From: Stellaceae bacterium
GTDB taxonomy: Bacteria > Pseudomonadota > Alphaproteobacteria > ATCC43930 > CGMCC-115725
DNA: 64,000 nt
NCBI GenBank assembly: GCA_035553515.1
Contig: DATNDG010000073.1
Coordinates: 6,034 to 70,033, forward strand
Direction of reading: 5' to 3'
In this document: piece after piece, positions 63,699 to 64,000 of the stretch
How the letters are laid out: every line of letters starts with the position of its first letter
How positions within the stretch are numbered: position 1 is the first letter of the stretch
Notes under the pieces: generated by a model
Told to the model about the DNA's origin: nothing
Seen by the model: the letters and a program-made list of their open reading frames with translations, nothing else
Databases searched by the model: none
Program-made: the position numbers and the translations under genes

Positions 63699-64000
63699 TT
63701 ATTGACGACGCGCAATCACAGAACTCCATTCTCCGGTAACTTTTACCTCCTGTTGTGCGGACATTCGTATTTGGAGGGTGAAATTTGCGAGCCCAACTGA
63801 CCGCTGGCCCCCGTCTATATCGCGGCAATCCCATTCAACCTGGCCAGTGATCGTGCACTCTGATGTACTCTCGGTACAGGTGGCTTTAATCGTAGAAGGG
63901 CGCGTTGTGTAGATACGCTCGGGCCAATGTGCCGCATACTTGCGCTTTTCGGCCATTAGCAATTGGCGTGGCACGGGGTGACCATCGAAGTTGATCGTTC
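63699..64000 (-). CDS. hypothetical protein (frame stays open to window end)
   Basis: The track ORF 63699..63974 uses a GTG start, but the frame has no stop upstream to position 64000. Lower-GC region with no recognised family. Confidence 0.35.
   Translation of the reverse strand, partial: TINFDGHPVPRQLLMAEKRKYAAHWPERIYTTRPSTIKATCTESTSECTITGQVEWDCRDIDGGQRSVGLANFTLQIRMSAQQEVKVTGEWSSVIARRQ

Larger units (their letters stand above)
51016..64000. mobile_element. integrated genomic island / integrative element (right end beyond window)
   Basis: A tRNA fragment sits at the left border and a tyrosine integrase 145 nt inside it. The element also holds an excisionase-like HTH, a second (serine) recombinase and pseudogenes. 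GC falls from about 70% to about 52-62% in hand-counted lines. Confidence 0.75.

Overview
This window is a high-GC chromosomal segment that looks alphaproteobacterial and Rhizobiales-like. Hand-counted sample lines give about 65-73% GC.

Positions 1 to about 51,000 are densely packed, mostly ordinary genes. They include a partial DinG-like helicase, DUF952-pyrD-HAD, glpD, two Zn-dependent alcohol dehydrogenases, panE, an aldo/keto reductase, an L,D-transpeptidase/DUF882 pair and two ArsR-linked units. They also include a hydrolase-rich cluster around a Rieske oxygenase (about 25-33.7 kb), Liv-type ABC transporter genes and an S41 peptidase. Two families of palindromic intergenic repeats punctuate this part.

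At 51016-51063 a 3' fragment of a tRNA-Gly(CCC) marks an abrupt change. From there to the window end (at least 13 kb, with lower and patchy GC) lies an integrated element containing:
- a tyrosine integrase, an AlpA/excisionase-like HTH protein and a Zn-ribbon plus winged-HTH protein;
- a tightly coupled operon of a large serine recombinase and two ParB/Srx-fold proteins, which is my top candidate for an uncharacterised system;
- a low-GC cassette of small secreted and membrane proteins;
- a run of decayed genes: a truncated S1/P1 nuclease, a frameshifted methyltransferase and a multiply frameshifted HNH endonuclease.

I saw no rRNA, intact tRNA or CRISPR array. All family calls come from reading motifs by eye in the supplied translations, not from database searches. 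Several start codons were re-chosen from RBS or signal-peptide context.
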